Below, piece by piece: positions 19,465 through 29,550 of a stretch of DNA of 64,000 bases (within the stretch, counting starts at the first letter, position 1; each line of letters starts with the position of its first letter). Origin of the DNA: a bacterium. Its GTDB lineage: Bacteria; Patescibacteriota; Andersenbacteria; UBA10190. The notes beneath the pieces were generated by a model that saw nothing but the letters and a program-made list of their open reading frames with translations, had not been told where the DNA came from and searched no databases. The stretch is taken from assembly GCA_043811915.1 (NCBI GenBank), contig JBDRMS010000005.1, positions 41,300-105,299 on the forward strand, given 5' to 3'. The translations under genes were made by a program, and so were the position numbers.

Positions 19465-20241
19465 ATGTCGATTTCCGCCATAATTATCACTAAAAACGAG
19501 GCTCGCAACATTGCCCGCTGTTTGCGCAGCCTTAGCTTTACCGATGAACAAATCGTTGTTGATTCCTTCAGCCGTGATAGAACCATTCAATTGGCCAACG
19601 ACCTTGGCGCCTTGGTATTCAGTAAAGCATGGTCCGGCTACGGCCCGCAAAAAAACTACGGACGGGAACAGGCTGGGGACGACTGGGTACTTTCTATAGA
19701 CGCCGACGAAGAAGTAACACCAAAGTTAAGAAAAGAAATTATTGCCGCTGCCGGCCATGGCAACAAAAATTTTTACTGGTTGCGCATAGTCACAATTTTC
19801 CTTGGTCACCCGCTCAAGCATCTATACGGCCACAACATGCGCCTTTTCAGAAAAGACAGCGGCCAATGGACAAATTCATGCGTCCACGAACAAGTTATCA
19901 ATAAACAGGGTCAATTAATAAAGTTACATGACCGAAATTCCGCCGTTCTCAAGTCTCCGCTTCTTCATCACTCACACACAACTATAAACTCCTATCTCAA
20001 AAAGATGCACCGCTACACAACGCTGGACGCCCAACAAATGCACAAAACCGGTCGCCATCGCTCCGGCCGGCCGGTCCAACCCGCTTTTTATCTGCCTTAT
20101 TACTTGTGCCTCCGGCAATTCATCAAGCTATACTTCTACCGCCGCGGCTTGTTAGACGGCTACGCCGGCTTCATCTGGTGCGTTTTGTCAGCCTACTACG
20201 AATATGAAATGGCTAAAAAATACTTGAAACTATGCGCATAG
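19465..20241 (+). CDS. Glycosyltransferase family 2 (WaaE/KdtX-like)
   Basis: IITKNEARNI, VDSFSRDRT, IDADE, VHE and GLLDGYAG motifs. Confidence 0.88.
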   Translation: MSISAIIITKNEARNIARCLRSLSFTDEQIVVDSFSRDRTIQLANDLGALVFSKAWSGYGPQKNYGREQAGDDWVLSIDADEEVTPKLRKEIIAAAGHGNKNFYWLRIVTIFLGHPLKHLYGHNMRLFRKDSGQWTNSCVHEQVINKQGQLIKLHDRNSAVLKSPLLHHSHTTINSYLKKMHRYTTLDAQQMHKTGRHRSGRPVQPAFYLPYYLCLRQFIKLYFYRRGLLDGYAGFIWCVLSAYYEYEMAKKYLKLCA

Positions 20242-21386
20242 TTCACAATTGCTTGCGTTATCCACCAGCTACCGGCGGGGTAGAAACATATGTTCAGGAA
20301 TTAGTTGAGCGCACCAGAAGTCTGGACGCTAATCGTGACGTGCGTGTTCTCACTAGTAAGTTGCGCACCCATCACCCCATCTCCGAACTAACTCCCGAAC
20401 TCCTGATCGCTGACCCCATGTATGTTCAACGCCTTCACCACCTGCGCACTCCTTTCTTCGCCTATCCCCGGCTCCAGGCCTTGCCATATTATTTAAATCA
20501 TCACGAGCCTGACATTATTCATGGGCACAGCTTTTGGTATCAACCCGCCGACACCGCAGCCCGTTTTGCCCAAAAACACAATATTCCATTCATTTTTCAC
20601 CCCTATTACTACCAGCATGGTGTCCGTCAAAAAGCCGGCTGGCAGCTGTACAAACGCACTATTGGTAAAAACACATTTGCTGCCGCTAACATTGTTGTTG
20701 TCATCTCGCCCTATGAGCAGTTGTTAATCGAAAAAGCTGGCTTTCCCGTTAAACGATTTGAACTTATCCCTCCCGGTATTGATTTACTCTCTTTCCAAAC
20801 CAGTCACGATAATCCCTTTGCCAAACGAAACATCACTGGCCCCACCCTTCTCTCTGTCGGCCGTATTGCTCATGATAAAGGATTCGACGATGTCGTAGCT
20901 CTTCTCCCCGTTCTCATCAAACAATTTCCTGCTCTGCAATATGCCATAGTCGGCGAAGATTTTGGTGCCAAAGAAAAACTTATCAGTGAGGCTCAAAAAC
21001 TCGGTGTTAAAGAACGCGTCCACTTCCTTGGTAAATTGCCGCAAAGTGAACTTATTGGCGCCTATCAGCATGCCATAGCCTTGGTTCACCCCAGTTACTA
21101 TGAGGCATTCGGCATTGTCATGGCTGAAAGCCTGGCAGCCGGAAATCCCATTGTCGCTCGCAATATAGCCGCCATACCCTTTGTCGTCCCTCATCAAAAA
21201 GCTGGCCTGCTGTTTAATAATAAACAGGAACTTCTTTATTCACTCACCAGCATCCTGTCTGATCGGGATCTACGAAAGAAATTAGCCAGTCAGGGTTTTA
21301 GGCATGTTCAACAAAACTTTACCTGGGACAAGTCAATAAAAAAACTGATTGCTTTGTACCAGGAATTTAGTACTAGCAATCAGTGA
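20232..21386 (+). CDS. Glycosyltransferase family 4
   Basis: YPPATGGVE, GRIAHDKG and EAFGIVMAESLAAG motifs. Confidence 0.9.
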   Translation: MRIVHNCLRYPPATGGVETYVQELVERTRSLDANRDVRVLTSKLRTHHPISELTPELLIADPMYVQRLHHLRTPFFAYPRLQALPYYLNHHEPDIIHGHSFWYQPADTAARFAQKHNIPFIFHPYYYQHGVRQKAGWQLYKRTIGKNTFAAANIVVVISPYEQLLIEKAGFPVKRFELIPPGIDLLSFQTSHDNPFAKRNITGPTLLSVGRIAHDKGFDDVVALLPVLIKQFPALQYAIVGEDFGAKEKLISEAQKLGVKERVHFLGKLPQSELIGAYQHAIALVHPSYYEAFGIVMAESLAAGNPIVARNIAAIPFVVPHQKAGLLFNNKQELLYSLTSILSDRDLRKKLASQGFRHVQQNFTWDKSIKKLIALYQEFSTSNQ

Positions 21387-21811
21387 AGAAGCATAACTAG
21401 CGGCTCAACGCATTTGTTTGTTCCAGCCAGATGTTTGTATACCTCATCCATCATTGGCTGCCCGTCATGATGAACAATAACCTGTCCATTATCACCAACC
21501 AAGTGCTGCAGTCCATGATAATCATCATACCGGGCTACCAGAAATGCGATTTTTGGCTCCGGCCTAACATGAATCAGCATTGAAGCCAATCTTTTCATCT
21601 CCGGTGTGTCCGGTGGAAACACGTCGTCCAGCATCACACCATCCATTAGTCCTCTATTCTTCATATATTCCATCAAATCTTCAGGCTCAAGCGCCACCAC
21701 TTCGCAACCCAGTCCACATAGTTTGTCTGCCCAATCATGTCTTGCCTCGCAATTCGACGTTCTTGTTATGATAACAACAACACGTCGTCTTTCTCTGTCG
21801 TCTGGGAACAT
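21380..21811 (-). CDS. Hypothetical protein, possible degenerate receiver (CheY-like) domain
   Basis: Alternating beta/alpha pattern with DGVMLD and PKIAFL; AAGGAG SD. Confidence 0.5.
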   Translation of the reverse strand: MFPDDRERRRVVVIITRTSNCEARHDWADKLCGLGCEVVALEPEDLMEYMKNRGLMDGVMLDDVFPPDTPEMKRLASMLIHVRPEPKIAFLVARYDDYHGLQHLVGDNGQVIVHHDGQPMMDEVYKHLAGTNKCVEPLVMLLH

Positions 21812-21874
21812 TTTTTCGCTCCTTCAGTTGACAAAAGAACTGCCCTGTCTACAGTAGAGCCTATGGTTAGTAAT

Positions 21875-22894
21875 ATGTCAAATACCCCGAAACGGGTTCT
21901 TTTGCTGTCTTTATCCGGCATAGGCAATTTTCTCATGCAATCTCCCATTTGGCAGACGCTAAAGAAAAATCACCCGGACTGGGAAATAACTACGTGGGTC
22001 GCACCCCGTGGCACCAAACAACTGGCCGAAATAGATCCCGGCATAGACTGCATCATTGAAGCGCCAATCAAAAATTCAATTTTCGGACATCTCAACACTC
22101 TAAAATATCTGCGCCGTCACCATTTTGACATCGGCATAGTACTCTCCCCCGGCCAGCTCATCAAAAGTGCCGCTTATTTATTTCTCGCTGGCATTCCCAG
22201 ACGCATCGGGCATGCCTACCCGCTTTTTAACAATCCTCACAGTAAGCTTTTTCTCACAGACACTATCGATGAAAACGATAGCCTCCACGACATCGAACAA
22301 AATCTGCGGCTGCTAACACTAGTCGCGCCGGGATTGAAGAGGCGCGGCTTTTACCGGCTACCAGCCCCTAAAAAAACTCCATATAACGTTATATCGACTA
22401 ATCGCAGACTTGTCGGCTTTCATCCTGGTTCAGCCCCGCCCTTTCTCTGGAAACGCTGGCCGGCAGCCAACTTTGCCGCCGTCGGGCAAAGTCTAATTAA
22501 TAACCACAACGCACACATTCTTATCTTCGGCGGCCCTGATGAAGCCAAACTTCAAAAGGAATTAAAAACCAGGCTAGGCCAGCATAGCACAGTTATTAGT
22601 ACCAGCCTGTTAGCAACGGCTGCTCTGATGCGGCGCTGCCGGCTTGTTTTATCTAATGACTCCGGACTAATGCACCTGGCCGCCGCCAGCGGCGTCCCCA
22701 CCTTTGGCCTGTTCGGCCCCACCGACGAAAAACATACCGGTCCTCGCGGACCTAAATCATATGTAATTCGTGCACCAAGCACCAAACCGGTTTATGACAC
22801 GGAGAAAAACTACTATTTAGGCCCAAGGCCTCATCCCACCATAACGGCCATTACCCCCGAACAAGTTCTTGATAAAATTCTTCGTGTTGTGTAG
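21875..22894 (+). CDS. Glycosyltransferase family 9 (heptosyltransferase-like)
   Basis: GIGNFLM, KRWP and SNDSGLMHLAAA...LFGPT motifs. Confidence 0.88.
   Translation: MSNTPKRVLLLSLSGIGNFLMQSPIWQTLKKNHPDWEITTWVAPRGTKQLAEIDPGIDCIIEAPIKNSIFGHLNTLKYLRRHHFDIGIVLSPGQLIKSAAYLFLAGIPRRIGHAYPLFNNPHSKLFLTDTIDENDSLHDIEQNLRLLTLVAPGLKRRGFYRLPAPKKTPYNVISTNRRLVGFHPGSAPPFLWKRWPAANFAAVGQSLINNHNAHILIFGGPDEAKLQKELKTRLGQHSTVISTSLLATAALMRRCRLVLSNDSGLMHLAAASGVPTFGLFGPTDEKHTGPRGPKSYVIRAPSTKPVYDTEKNYYLGPRPHPTITAITPEQVLDKILRVV
22321..22349 (+). repeat. Intragenic hairpin element, short copy (AGTCGCGCC-GGGATTGAAGA-GGCGCGGCT)
   Basis: 9-bp stem including G-T pairing; shares GCCGGGA and TTGARGAGGC ends with copies at 37000-37037 and 61213-61268. 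Confidence 0.55.
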
Positions 22895-24092
22895 CCACGG
22901 TTTCCATATTCAAGCGTCTCGCCACCCAGGTGCGGGCCGCTTTTTGCATTTCACGCTTACTCAAATCCGGCATCGTCAGCGCCTCGCTTAATTTTTCAGC
23001 TAATTCGGCAACCGAGCCTCGCTCAAATAAAAGTCCAGTTATTTTGTCTTCAATTATCTCCCTTGGGCCTCCTGCATTGGCTGCCACTACAATTTTTCCT
23101 CTGGCAGAGGCTTCCGCCACCGTGCGCCCGAACGGCTCTATCCAAATATGCGGCGCCACCACTATATCAGACCGGTCATATATCAGTTGCATTCTGTCCC
23201 AGGGAACCCTGGCGACAAACTTTACCCGATACTGCAACCCCCAATTTTCAACCATCCGTTCATATTCGGCTCGCTGTGCTCCATCACCAACAATCTTCAA
23301 TTGAACATTTGGCAACGCCGAAGCCACTATTTTCCACGCTTCAAGCAACAACCCGACTCCCTTGTACATTTCTACCCTTCCCACGTACAAAACTGTCCCC
23401 TTTATGCCTTTACTTACCGGCTCCGACAAATATCGTTCCGCCACCGGGTTATATATAACTTTTGTTTTTACTTTTTCCAGATCTTGTAGCCGGGCGATTT
23501 CTTTCTGTTGTGCCCGGGAAATAAAAATTTGTGCCGGGAACTTTCTGAACGCCATTTTTCGATAACCGATATTAAACTTGTATTGCCAAATCCGAGCCAG
23601 CTTTCTGGGCAGCTTCGCCTCTTTTACCCGATGAGACCGCAACACATCACGCCAGCTACAGGTGCATCTACTGCCATCATAAAGAATATTATTTGTCGTT
23701 CCGCAAACCTGGGCATAATCTCGAGCCGTTGCAACAAGCAACGGCGAAGACCCGCCGAAGCCTTTAGCGAAGGCGGGCAACTCAGATAACGCTAATGCAC
23801 TCTTATAATCATGGGCGTGAATAACATCATACTGCGAAACATCACCAATCTCTTTTGCCAATACTTTGGCAACCTTTCGGCTATGCCGACGTTCCAGCAA
23901 GGGCTTAGCCGTCATCGGTATGGCCAGGCGAATCACCGGCACCCCGTCCACTTCCTTCAGCCCGGCCCCGCTGGAAATAATAGTAATGTCATGTCCGCGC
24001 CTTCTCAAACCTCGCGCAATCAAATGCGTCGACACTTCTCCCCCGCCCTTGGTCAGTGGCGGGTACAGAGCCGATACAAACAGAATCTTCAT
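22851..24092 (-). CDS. Glycosyltransferase family 4
   Basis: YPPLTKGGGE, GRVEMYKG and EPFGRTVAEA motifs. Confidence 0.88.
   Translation of the reverse strand: MKILFVSALYPPLTKGGGEVSTHLIARGLRRRGHDITIISSGAGLKEVDGVPVIRLAIPMTAKPLLERRHSRKVAKVLAKEIGDVSQYDVIHAHDYKSALALSELPAFAKGFGGSSPLLVATARDYAQVCGTTNNILYDGSRCTCSWRDVLRSHRVKEAKLPRKLARIWQYKFNIGYRKMAFRKFPAQIFISRAQQKEIARLQDLEKVKTKVIYNPVAERYLSEPVSKGIKGTVLYVGRVEMYKGVGLLLEAWKIVASALPNVQLKIVGDGAQRAEYERMVENWGLQYRVKFVARVPWDRMQLIYDRSDIVVAPHIWIEPFGRTVAEASARGKIVVAANAGGPREIIEDKITGLLFERGSVAELAEKLSEALTMPDLSKREMQKAARTWVARRLNMETVATQHEEFYQELVRG
23751..23777. repeat. REP-like palindrome CCCGCC-GAAGCCTTTAGCGAA-GGCGGG inside a GT4 gene
   Basis: 27 nt (9 codons, PAFAKGFGG); same family as 5829-5854. 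Confidence 0.75.
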
Positions 24093-25225
24093 ATTAATTC
24101 TCTATAAACGCTCTTCACTTTATCAGCCGCTACATCCCACGAAAACTGCTTCGCCCGCTCCAGACCTTTTAACTGCAGGCTACTCGCGAAATTACTGTCT
24201 TCAAGGATTTTTTGGGTACTCACAGCCATGCCATCAATATCATCCGGGTTATGCTTCAGAGCAGCATCACCCACCACTTCCGGTAACGACGTGGCATTCG
24301 AACACACCACTGGCGTGCCGGCGGCAAAAGCCTGCAGCGGCGGCAAGCCAAAACCTTCAAACCTTGAAGGATAAATTAAAACATCGGCCAGGTTATACAA
24401 CTCATTCAGACGCTCATCAGACACGTTGCCTACAAAACGAACCGCCACCCGCAGTTTTAAGTCATCAATTTCTTTCAGTAATTGCTCTCGCCCCGCGGCA
24501 ATTCCAGGCTCCCCGACTTTCACAAATACAAGCTCTGGTATTTGTTCTTGTATTTTGGAAAAAGTCCTTATCGCTCCCACTACGTTTTTCCGCGGATGAT
24601 CAGAACCGATATATAAAATTACTTTTGCCTCATCCTGAAGCTTTAGTTCCTGCTTCAGGCTATGCGCCGCCACCGTTTGCATAAAGTTGTCTATTAAGTG
24701 AAACTCACCGCCCACACCATTTAAAACAACTGTGATGCGCTCTGCTGGCAGCTCATAAAAATCTTTCAATGTCTGCGCTGTATACTCCGAAACTGCAATT
24801 ATATGACTAGCGCGTTTTATGCCGTTATACAAATACTTGTTAATTAAATAAGCACTTTTAGTCTGTGGATCAAGTAATTCAATGACATCATGCACCGTCA
24901 CTACACTTGGAATACTGCCATCAACCAAGAAACTTAACGTCTGATTAGTTAGATGAATAATATCATAACTTTCTTTTTTTATCTCATTTTTTATTGTTTG
25001 TCCAAGCCGCACCCACCCCACAGTTTTTTTACCCAGTACTCCCGGCCATCTGGTAAAAACAGCGACTTGCCCGCCATTTTTTTTCACCGTCATCTCCTTT
25101 CCATCCATGTCAAACACATCCAGCTCAACACCACTTTGCGCCTTCAGCCGCCCGGCAATATTAACCGCCCGATGCCCCACCCCGGAATCATCTTTAGTAT
25201 TTATTATATAAGCTATTCTCATCAC
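24089..25225 (-). CDS. Glycosyltransferase family 4 (MtfB/WbaZ-like)
   Basis: PRKN and YPSRFEGFGLPPLQAFAAGTP motifs. Confidence 0.9.
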   Translation of the reverse strand: MMRIAYIINTKDDSGVGHRAVNIAGRLKAQSGVELDVFDMDGKEMTVKKNGGQVAVFTRWPGVLGKKTVGWVRLGQTIKNEIKKESYDIIHLTNQTLSFLVDGSIPSVVTVHDVIELLDPQTKSAYLINKYLYNGIKRASHIIAVSEYTAQTLKDFYELPAERITVVLNGVGGEFHLIDNFMQTVAAHSLKQELKLQDEAKVILYIGSDHPRKNVVGAIRTFSKIQEQIPELVFVKVGEPGIAAGREQLLKEIDDLKLRVAVRFVGNVSDERLNELYNLADVLIYPSRFEGFGLPPLQAFAAGTPVVCSNATSLPEVVGDAALKHNPDDIDGMAVSTQKILEDSNFASSLQLKGLERAKQFSWDVAADKVKSVYRELI

Positions 25226-26286
25226 ACCTGTTTATACACCGCCGCTGTCTTTTCCGCCACCTCCTGCCAGGAAAATTGCCTGACGCGCGCCAGGCCCGTC
25301 TGTCTCATCTGTTTTCGCTTAGTCTGATCATTCAACACAGACAACATTTTTGCTGCCAGCGACTCTTCAAATTCAACATCTCGTGTCCGGGCTGGCAGGC
25401 TGTCCGTGCTAAACGGCACCACTTCTCCTGCCCGCCCAACCACTTCCGGCAATGCCCCGCCGTCACTAACAATCACCGGCGTGCCGCAGGCCATCGCCTC
25501 TTGCGGCGGGAAACCCCAGCCTTCGTAAATGGATGGCCAGACAAATAATTGAGCTCCGCTATACAACACCGGCAAATCATTGTCCTCCACAAAATCCAAT
25601 ATCTTCACCCGTCCCTGCATACTCTGCCCCTCAACCTCTCTTATGATATTTTTATAATCACTATCACGTCTGCCGGCAATTACCAGCTGATGCGGCACAT
25701 CATTCGCCATTCTAGCAAAGGCTCGAATCAGCAATGGCACATTTTTTCTGGACTCTAGTGTGCCGACAAATAAAACGTACGGCTTCTTTTGCTGTCCTCC
25801 GTCCAAGGTTAGCCTGAAGTGTTCCGTATCCACAGCCAACGGCGTCACCGTAATCCTATCTTCATGCACACCAAACGCGTGAATAATGTCTTCTTTACTG
25901 GTTTCAGAAATTGTAATTATTTGGTCGTTTTTATCGGCCGCCCGCTGCAATGCCCGCGGCCAATACAGCCGGCGTGTCAGCGTCTGTCCAGCCGGATAAA
26001 GCAGGGGAATAATATCGAAAATAGTTACCACCGTGGGTGCCATCTTTCTTTTTGGTACATCAGCCTTGGTAAAGTGCACCACGTCAGGCTTAAGCTTTTG
26101 TATAATCCGGGGCATTTGCCACTGTAGCCACAACGGCAGCAGCAGCTCATGCCGCGGCTTATCACTTATTACTATATATTCATTTCCGCTGTCCAGGCCC
26201 GGCAAATGTCTAATCAACTGCTCCGTGTATGTTTTAATTCCCCCTCCTCTGGCTTTGAGCGCCCTGGCTTCAATTGCTATCTTCAT
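25222..26286 (-). CDS. Glycosyltransferase family 4 (MtfB-like)
   Basis: GTLESRKN and PSIYEGWGFPPQEAMACGTP motifs. Confidence 0.9.
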   Translation of the reverse strand: MKIAIEARALKARGGGIKTYTEQLIRHLPGLDSGNEYIVISDKPRHELLLPLWLQWQMPRIIQKLKPDVVHFTKADVPKRKMAPTVVTIFDIIPLLYPAGQTLTRRLYWPRALQRAADKNDQIITISETSKEDIIHAFGVHEDRITVTPLAVDTEHFRLTLDGGQQKKPYVLFVGTLESRKNVPLLIRAFARMANDVPHQLVIAGRRDSDYKNIIREVEGQSMQGRVKILDFVEDNDLPVLYSGAQLFVWPSIYEGWGFPPQEAMACGTPVIVSDGGALPEVVGRAGEVVPFSTDSLPARTRDVEFEESLAAKMLSVLNDQTKRKQMRQTGLARVRQFSWQEVAEKTAAVYKQV

Positions 26287-27427
26287 AATCTCTTACCGCT
26301 CGTATTAATACCTCCTCAAATTTTTTCGCCGTTTTTCCCAGATAAAATTCTTTTACTTTTTCTTTATTATTACTGCTCATTCTGGCTCGCAATTCACTAT
26401 CCTGCAGTAATCGCTCTACCGATGCCTTGAATTTACCCACGTCTCCGACCGGCACCAATAAAGCATTCTCGCCTTCCTGCAAAAAATCCCGTTGGCCGCC
26501 TCTATTTGTCGCCACAATTGGCAAGCCTGCTTCCATCGCCTCCAAAAAAACAATGCCAAAGCCCTCATGTTCGCTGGCCGACACGTAGCCTTGAGCCACT
26601 CGCAATAGTTGTTGCTTAGGCTCTTCTTCCAAATATCCCATCATATGCACTCGGCCTGCCAACCCCAGACTGGTAATTTTATTTTTTAAATCATTTGCCA
26701 TCGGGCCGGAGCCGACAATGGCCAGATGAGCCTCGGGTATTTCCTGCCAAACGGCCAGTAACGTCTCATAACTCTTGCGCGGTATCAATCGGCCAATCGA
26801 CACAAAAAGCGGCATCCCCCTGGGAAGATCTAAGACAGACCAGCCGGCCGGTGTCACTTGAGGCGGTAGCAGCCCAATATGCGTTACCACTATCGGTTTT
26901 TTTACTCCATGTATCTCTTGAGCTCGCTTTTTTGTATCCTCTGATATGGCAGTGCACACCTCTGCCTTTGCGGATATCAGACGAATCAACCAGCGCAACC
27001 ACCAATGCCGATGAGGAGACACCCCCTTACTGGGATCAAACAAGTCGCCACCAATGAAGCTCAACACAAACGGTACGCCGGTCCAGTACGCCAGGATACT
27101 TGCCGGTAAGCCAGAAGGCACTACAAACTGTGCATTAATAACGTCAAATCTAGTTTGTTTACTCAGACGCCAACCTCTAAACAGTGCCGCTGGTACAAAG
27201 GTAATTAAAGATACAAGGGAAGCCGTTGGTAAACTCGTCCGGCCTACCACCCGTACACGATGAACACTAACATCGTTTAACACTTCTTTATCTTTCAGCC
27301 CCTCATATCCGGTAGTTATCACGTGTACGTCATGTCTTTTTGCCAGAGTTTCCGCCAGCTGCTTCGTCGCTACCCCGCCCCCTCCTCCCAGCGGCGGATA
27401 TTCAAAATTAATGATCAGTATCTTCAT
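26270..27427 (-). CDS. Glycosyltransferase family 4
   Basis: EYPPLGGGGG, GRLIPRK and EGFGIVFLEAMEAGLP motifs. Confidence 0.9.
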   Translation of the reverse strand: MKILIINFEYPPLGGGGGVATKQLAETLAKRHDVHVITTGYEGLKDKEVLNDVSVHRVRVVGRTSLPTASLVSLITFVPAALFRGWRLSKQTRFDVINAQFVVPSGLPASILAYWTGVPFVLSFIGGDLFDPSKGVSPHRHWWLRWLIRLISAKAEVCTAISEDTKKRAQEIHGVKKPIVVTHIGLLPPQVTPAGWSVLDLPRGMPLFVSIGRLIPRKSYETLLAVWQEIPEAHLAIVGSGPMANDLKNKITSLGLAGRVHMMGYLEEEPKQQLLRVAQGYVSASEHEGFGIVFLEAMEAGLPIVATNRGGQRDFLQEGENALLVPVGDVGKFKASVERLLQDSELRARMSSNNKEKVKEFYLGKTAKKFEEVLIRAVRDYEDSN

Positions 27428-29451
27428 GGCACTTGCATCTCCGGGTTTTGAAGAATAACCTTATCATCTAAAAGATTTTCAAAGCTAATCGTAGCTTCAC
27501 CAGGAGGCAATACAATCATGAGAGTTTCTCTCTGCCCCCCCCTGCTGCTATATCGAACAATCTCCGTCCCTGCTCGCTTGATCGACATATTACCGTGGGA
27601 TTCCGGAGCAAAACTAAAAGACAAAGTTACTTTTTTCTCCTCCTGCGTCACGTTATACAAAGTAACCGAAGCGTCATGATTAATCTCCGCGAACACGCTG
27701 TCGCGCCTGGCATCGAAGCCAACGTTTTGCCATCTTTCATCACGGGACAAAAATACCCCATCGCTTTTTTGCTCCATATTCTCAATGGTATACAATAATG
27801 CGTCGCTATATTCTCTTGCCTTCAGACCCATTAGGTCTTCCAGTAAGTGCCTCACCGCTTTCTGCTGTACTTGCGATAACGAATCAGTGTGCACTAAAAT
27901 GTTTGGTGCATCTAAAAAATTAAGCACGTCCGGCAATGTTTCATCAAGGTCCTGATCAAAGAACTCCTGGCGATTTTCCTGTAAGGCAGTCGTCCGTAGA
28001 TATAACAGTTGCCGCAATGCCGGTAAGGTGTGCACTTGCGCAAAACTGTCAGGCATTTCGGCGCGCTCCAGCGCAATATTGCCCAGCACTTTTTTACCAT
28101 GACTGCTGGACGCATAAAGCGCGCGGGAAGCCGCCGTATAATTTGTGGCAGCTGGTATTTCTATCAGCCCACTACCCGCAGATTCTCTTACAGCTTTATA
28201 TACTTCAGGCAGCTGTGTTGATTGCAGGGGCATAGGCATAAATAAAAATTCCAGCAACAGCAGCGAAGCAACAGCTATAGTGCCCTTCCTGCGGCGCAGC
28301 TGCGCCGCCAACACCCCTCCCAATAAAACCGCACCCGTGAGACCCACCATGACACTGGCCCTGGCCACTGCTCTAACAGCGCTAAATACAGGCCAGCCGT
28401 CTACTACGGCATACGGCAAGGGTAAGTTCATAACTCTACCTAATATATGCAAGCGCGGCCCTAGGCTTATCAGCAAAAAGAATATAGCTACCACCAGCCA
28501 AAATCTTTTTTGCTTGGCCGGAATTGCTTTATGCAGAAATAAAACCAGCAGCAGTGGCACTAAGCCTAGGTAGTGTGTTGCCTCCGTTACGTTGCCAGTG
28601 AAGCTAGTTGTAAACAAAGCACCCGCCGCCTTTCCCCAAATTGTGTGAAAGCTAGCCGGCACCAGATACGAGAACAAATCGGCCGAAAAACGAACCGTCT
28701 GTTCTTGACCTAACTCCAGACCACCGTCAGGCTGTGCGGATAATTTTATCGTCGGTAAATATGGTAATACCACGAAGAACAAAAGCAATACCGCCAGCAC
28801 TGCGACATACTTATTCCCTTGCTTCTTCAACCAAAAACTTCTCACCCTTTTCCAGTAAAATAAAATCCACAGTCCCACAAACAACATCAACCACAGCATG
28901 TAGTGATGCTCCGACCAGGCCTGCACCGTCAGCAAAGCCGCTAGTATCAGCGTCTTCCAGATATTGGGCCTTTTCACCCAGACAAACAACGTCAGTATAA
29001 TCAACGGCAGCCACTGCGCTTGCATAGCGCCAAAATGTCCATAGGAATGCGCCACATGATATGGTAAGAACATGTAATACATCCCCGCCAGAAAGGCAGG
29101 CGCCTCACGTCTAAACAAATAACGTACCAACAAGTACATGTCGAAGCCGGACAGAACAAATGAAGTTAGCCAGATTATGTTATACGCCAGTGGCTGTCCG
29201 AATAAAACGTGCACTCCCATCCAGGGCCAGACTGATAGATTTACCAGCCGTGGCTCCCCCCCGCCAAAAAAATCATCACCCGGTGAATTTAACTCCGCTT
29301 TTGAGTCGAACCGCCACATCGTTTGCCACGGGTCCCCCCCACTGCCCGCTAAATGTGCCCTTAATGACATGCATAGCGGCAGGCTCATTAAAAGCGCCAG
29401 AATCAAATATCCCCCCAATATAACCAGGCATCTTTTATAACACCGATCCAT
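27424..29451 (-). CDS. Multi-pass membrane protein, GT-C/YfhO-like
   Basis: GDPWQTMW, YNIIWLTSFVLSG, SADLFSY, YLG and LPYA...FSAVRAVAR motifs. Start chosen from the -10-like box (ORF track start is 29478). Confidence 0.7.
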   Translation of the reverse strand: MDRCYKRCLVILGGYLILALLMSLPLCMSLRAHLAGSGGDPWQTMWRFDSKAELNSPGDDFFGGGEPRLVNLSVWPWMGVHVLFGQPLAYNIIWLTSFVLSGFDMYLLVRYLFRREAPAFLAGMYYMFLPYHVAHSYGHFGAMQAQWLPLIILTLFVWVKRPNIWKTLILAALLTVQAWSEHHYMLWLMLFVGLWILFYWKRVRSFWLKKQGNKYVAVLAVLLLFFVVLPYLPTIKLSAQPDGGLELGQEQTVRFSADLFSYLVPASFHTIWGKAAGALFTTSFTGNVTEATHYLGLVPLLLVLFLHKAIPAKQKRFWLVVAIFFLLISLGPRLHILGRVMNLPLPYAVVDGWPVFSAVRAVARASVMVGLTGAVLLGGVLAAQLRRRKGTIAVASLLLLEFLFMPMPLQSTQLPEVYKAVRESAGSGLIEIPAATNYTAASRALYASSSHGKKVLGNIALERAEMPDSFAQVHTLPALRQLLYLRTTALQENRQEFFDQDLDETLPDVLNFLDAPNILVHTDSLSQVQQKAVRHLLEDLMGLKAREYSDALLYTIENMEQKSDGVFLSRDERWQNVGFDARRDSVFAEINHDASVTLYNVTQEEKKVTLSFSFAPESHGNMSIKRAGTEIVRYSSRGGQRETLMIVLPPGEATISFENLLDDKVILQNPEMQVP

Positions 29452-29550
29452 AGCTGTAGTATGTAAACTATCACACAAAAAAGGACAACATTAATCGATT
29501 TTGCTTATAGCCGGATTAAGCAATATCCCCGCCTTTCTAGTGCTTTTAGC

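Noticed and set aside
23866-24684. 272-aa + strand ORF and the many other short antisense ORFs in the track
   Set aside because: They are shadows of well-supported opposite-strand genes and have no recognisable motifs.
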